A DNA stretch of 61,975 nucleotides, filler included. It is 7 parts of 7 records of this genome, joined end to end, with 100 filler letters (N's around TTAATTAATTAA, not from the genome) between each part and the next. Parts side by side here need not be neighbours in the genome. Positions count along the whole stretch, not along the records: positions 53,090 to 61,975 come from SRR31147125_23825; 6 more parts are not named here. One strand, given 5' to 3'. The position numbers and the translations under genes are program-made. Below are positions 61,872-61,975 of the stretch, in pieces. How positions within the stretch are numbered: the first letter of the stretch is position 1; every line of letters begins with the position of its first letter. The notes beneath the pieces are model-generated. The model ran no database searches. It was not told the DNA's origin and saw nothing but the letters and a program-made list of their open reading frames with translations.

Positions 61872-61975
61872 GTTATTTACTATGTTCGTTTGGAAAACAT
61901 TAAATTTTATTAATATCCTAAACAACGTAAAACCAATCCTGATGCAAAATTAACACGTATTTTTGTAGTTGAAGG

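Overview
The window is not one locus. It is seven unrelated contigs (1-17202, 17303-23055, 23156-30169, 30270-35700, 35801-43328, 43429-52989, 53090-61975) joined by artificial 100-nt N/TTAATTAATTAA spacers, probably from a metagenome. Contig 1 (low GC, Clostridia-like) starts with an array of accessory gene cassettes separated by three copies of a ~115-150 bp repeat. That repeat looks like the start-less 3' end of a protein gene under purifying selection, preceded in two copies by a conserved terminator; this is the most unusual signal here. Contig 1 continues with a PilZ-fused HAS/NodC-like GT2 exopolysaccharide operon, a MerR regulator with a canonical 19-bp-spacer promoter, nrdD fused to a glutaredoxin-like domain with NrdR boxes, a LysR regulator, metF and metE. 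Contig 2 (higher GC, spirochaete-like) has proV/proX, an EctR/CosR-like MarR, pduL, a GH4 hydrolase and LacI. Contig 3 has uppP, a HAD hydrolase, murG, nudF, rnr and an LRR surface protein. Contig 4 has tatD, rlmA, acpS, a NuoE-like protein and prfB with its programmed frameshift. Contig 5 (Bacteroidota-like) carries a beta-barrel, cytochrome c, CbcBA-like, ImcH-like and Ccs cluster suggestive of extracellular electron transfer. Contig 6 has mixed metabolic genes and a candidate antisense-RNA-controlled small ORF. Contig 7 has a SusD-less TonB receptor, large protein and PorV-like module with a GntR-type operator. Many genes are broken at homopolymer runs, most likely by sequencing error. All product and taxon calls come from motif recognition by eye, not database searches.
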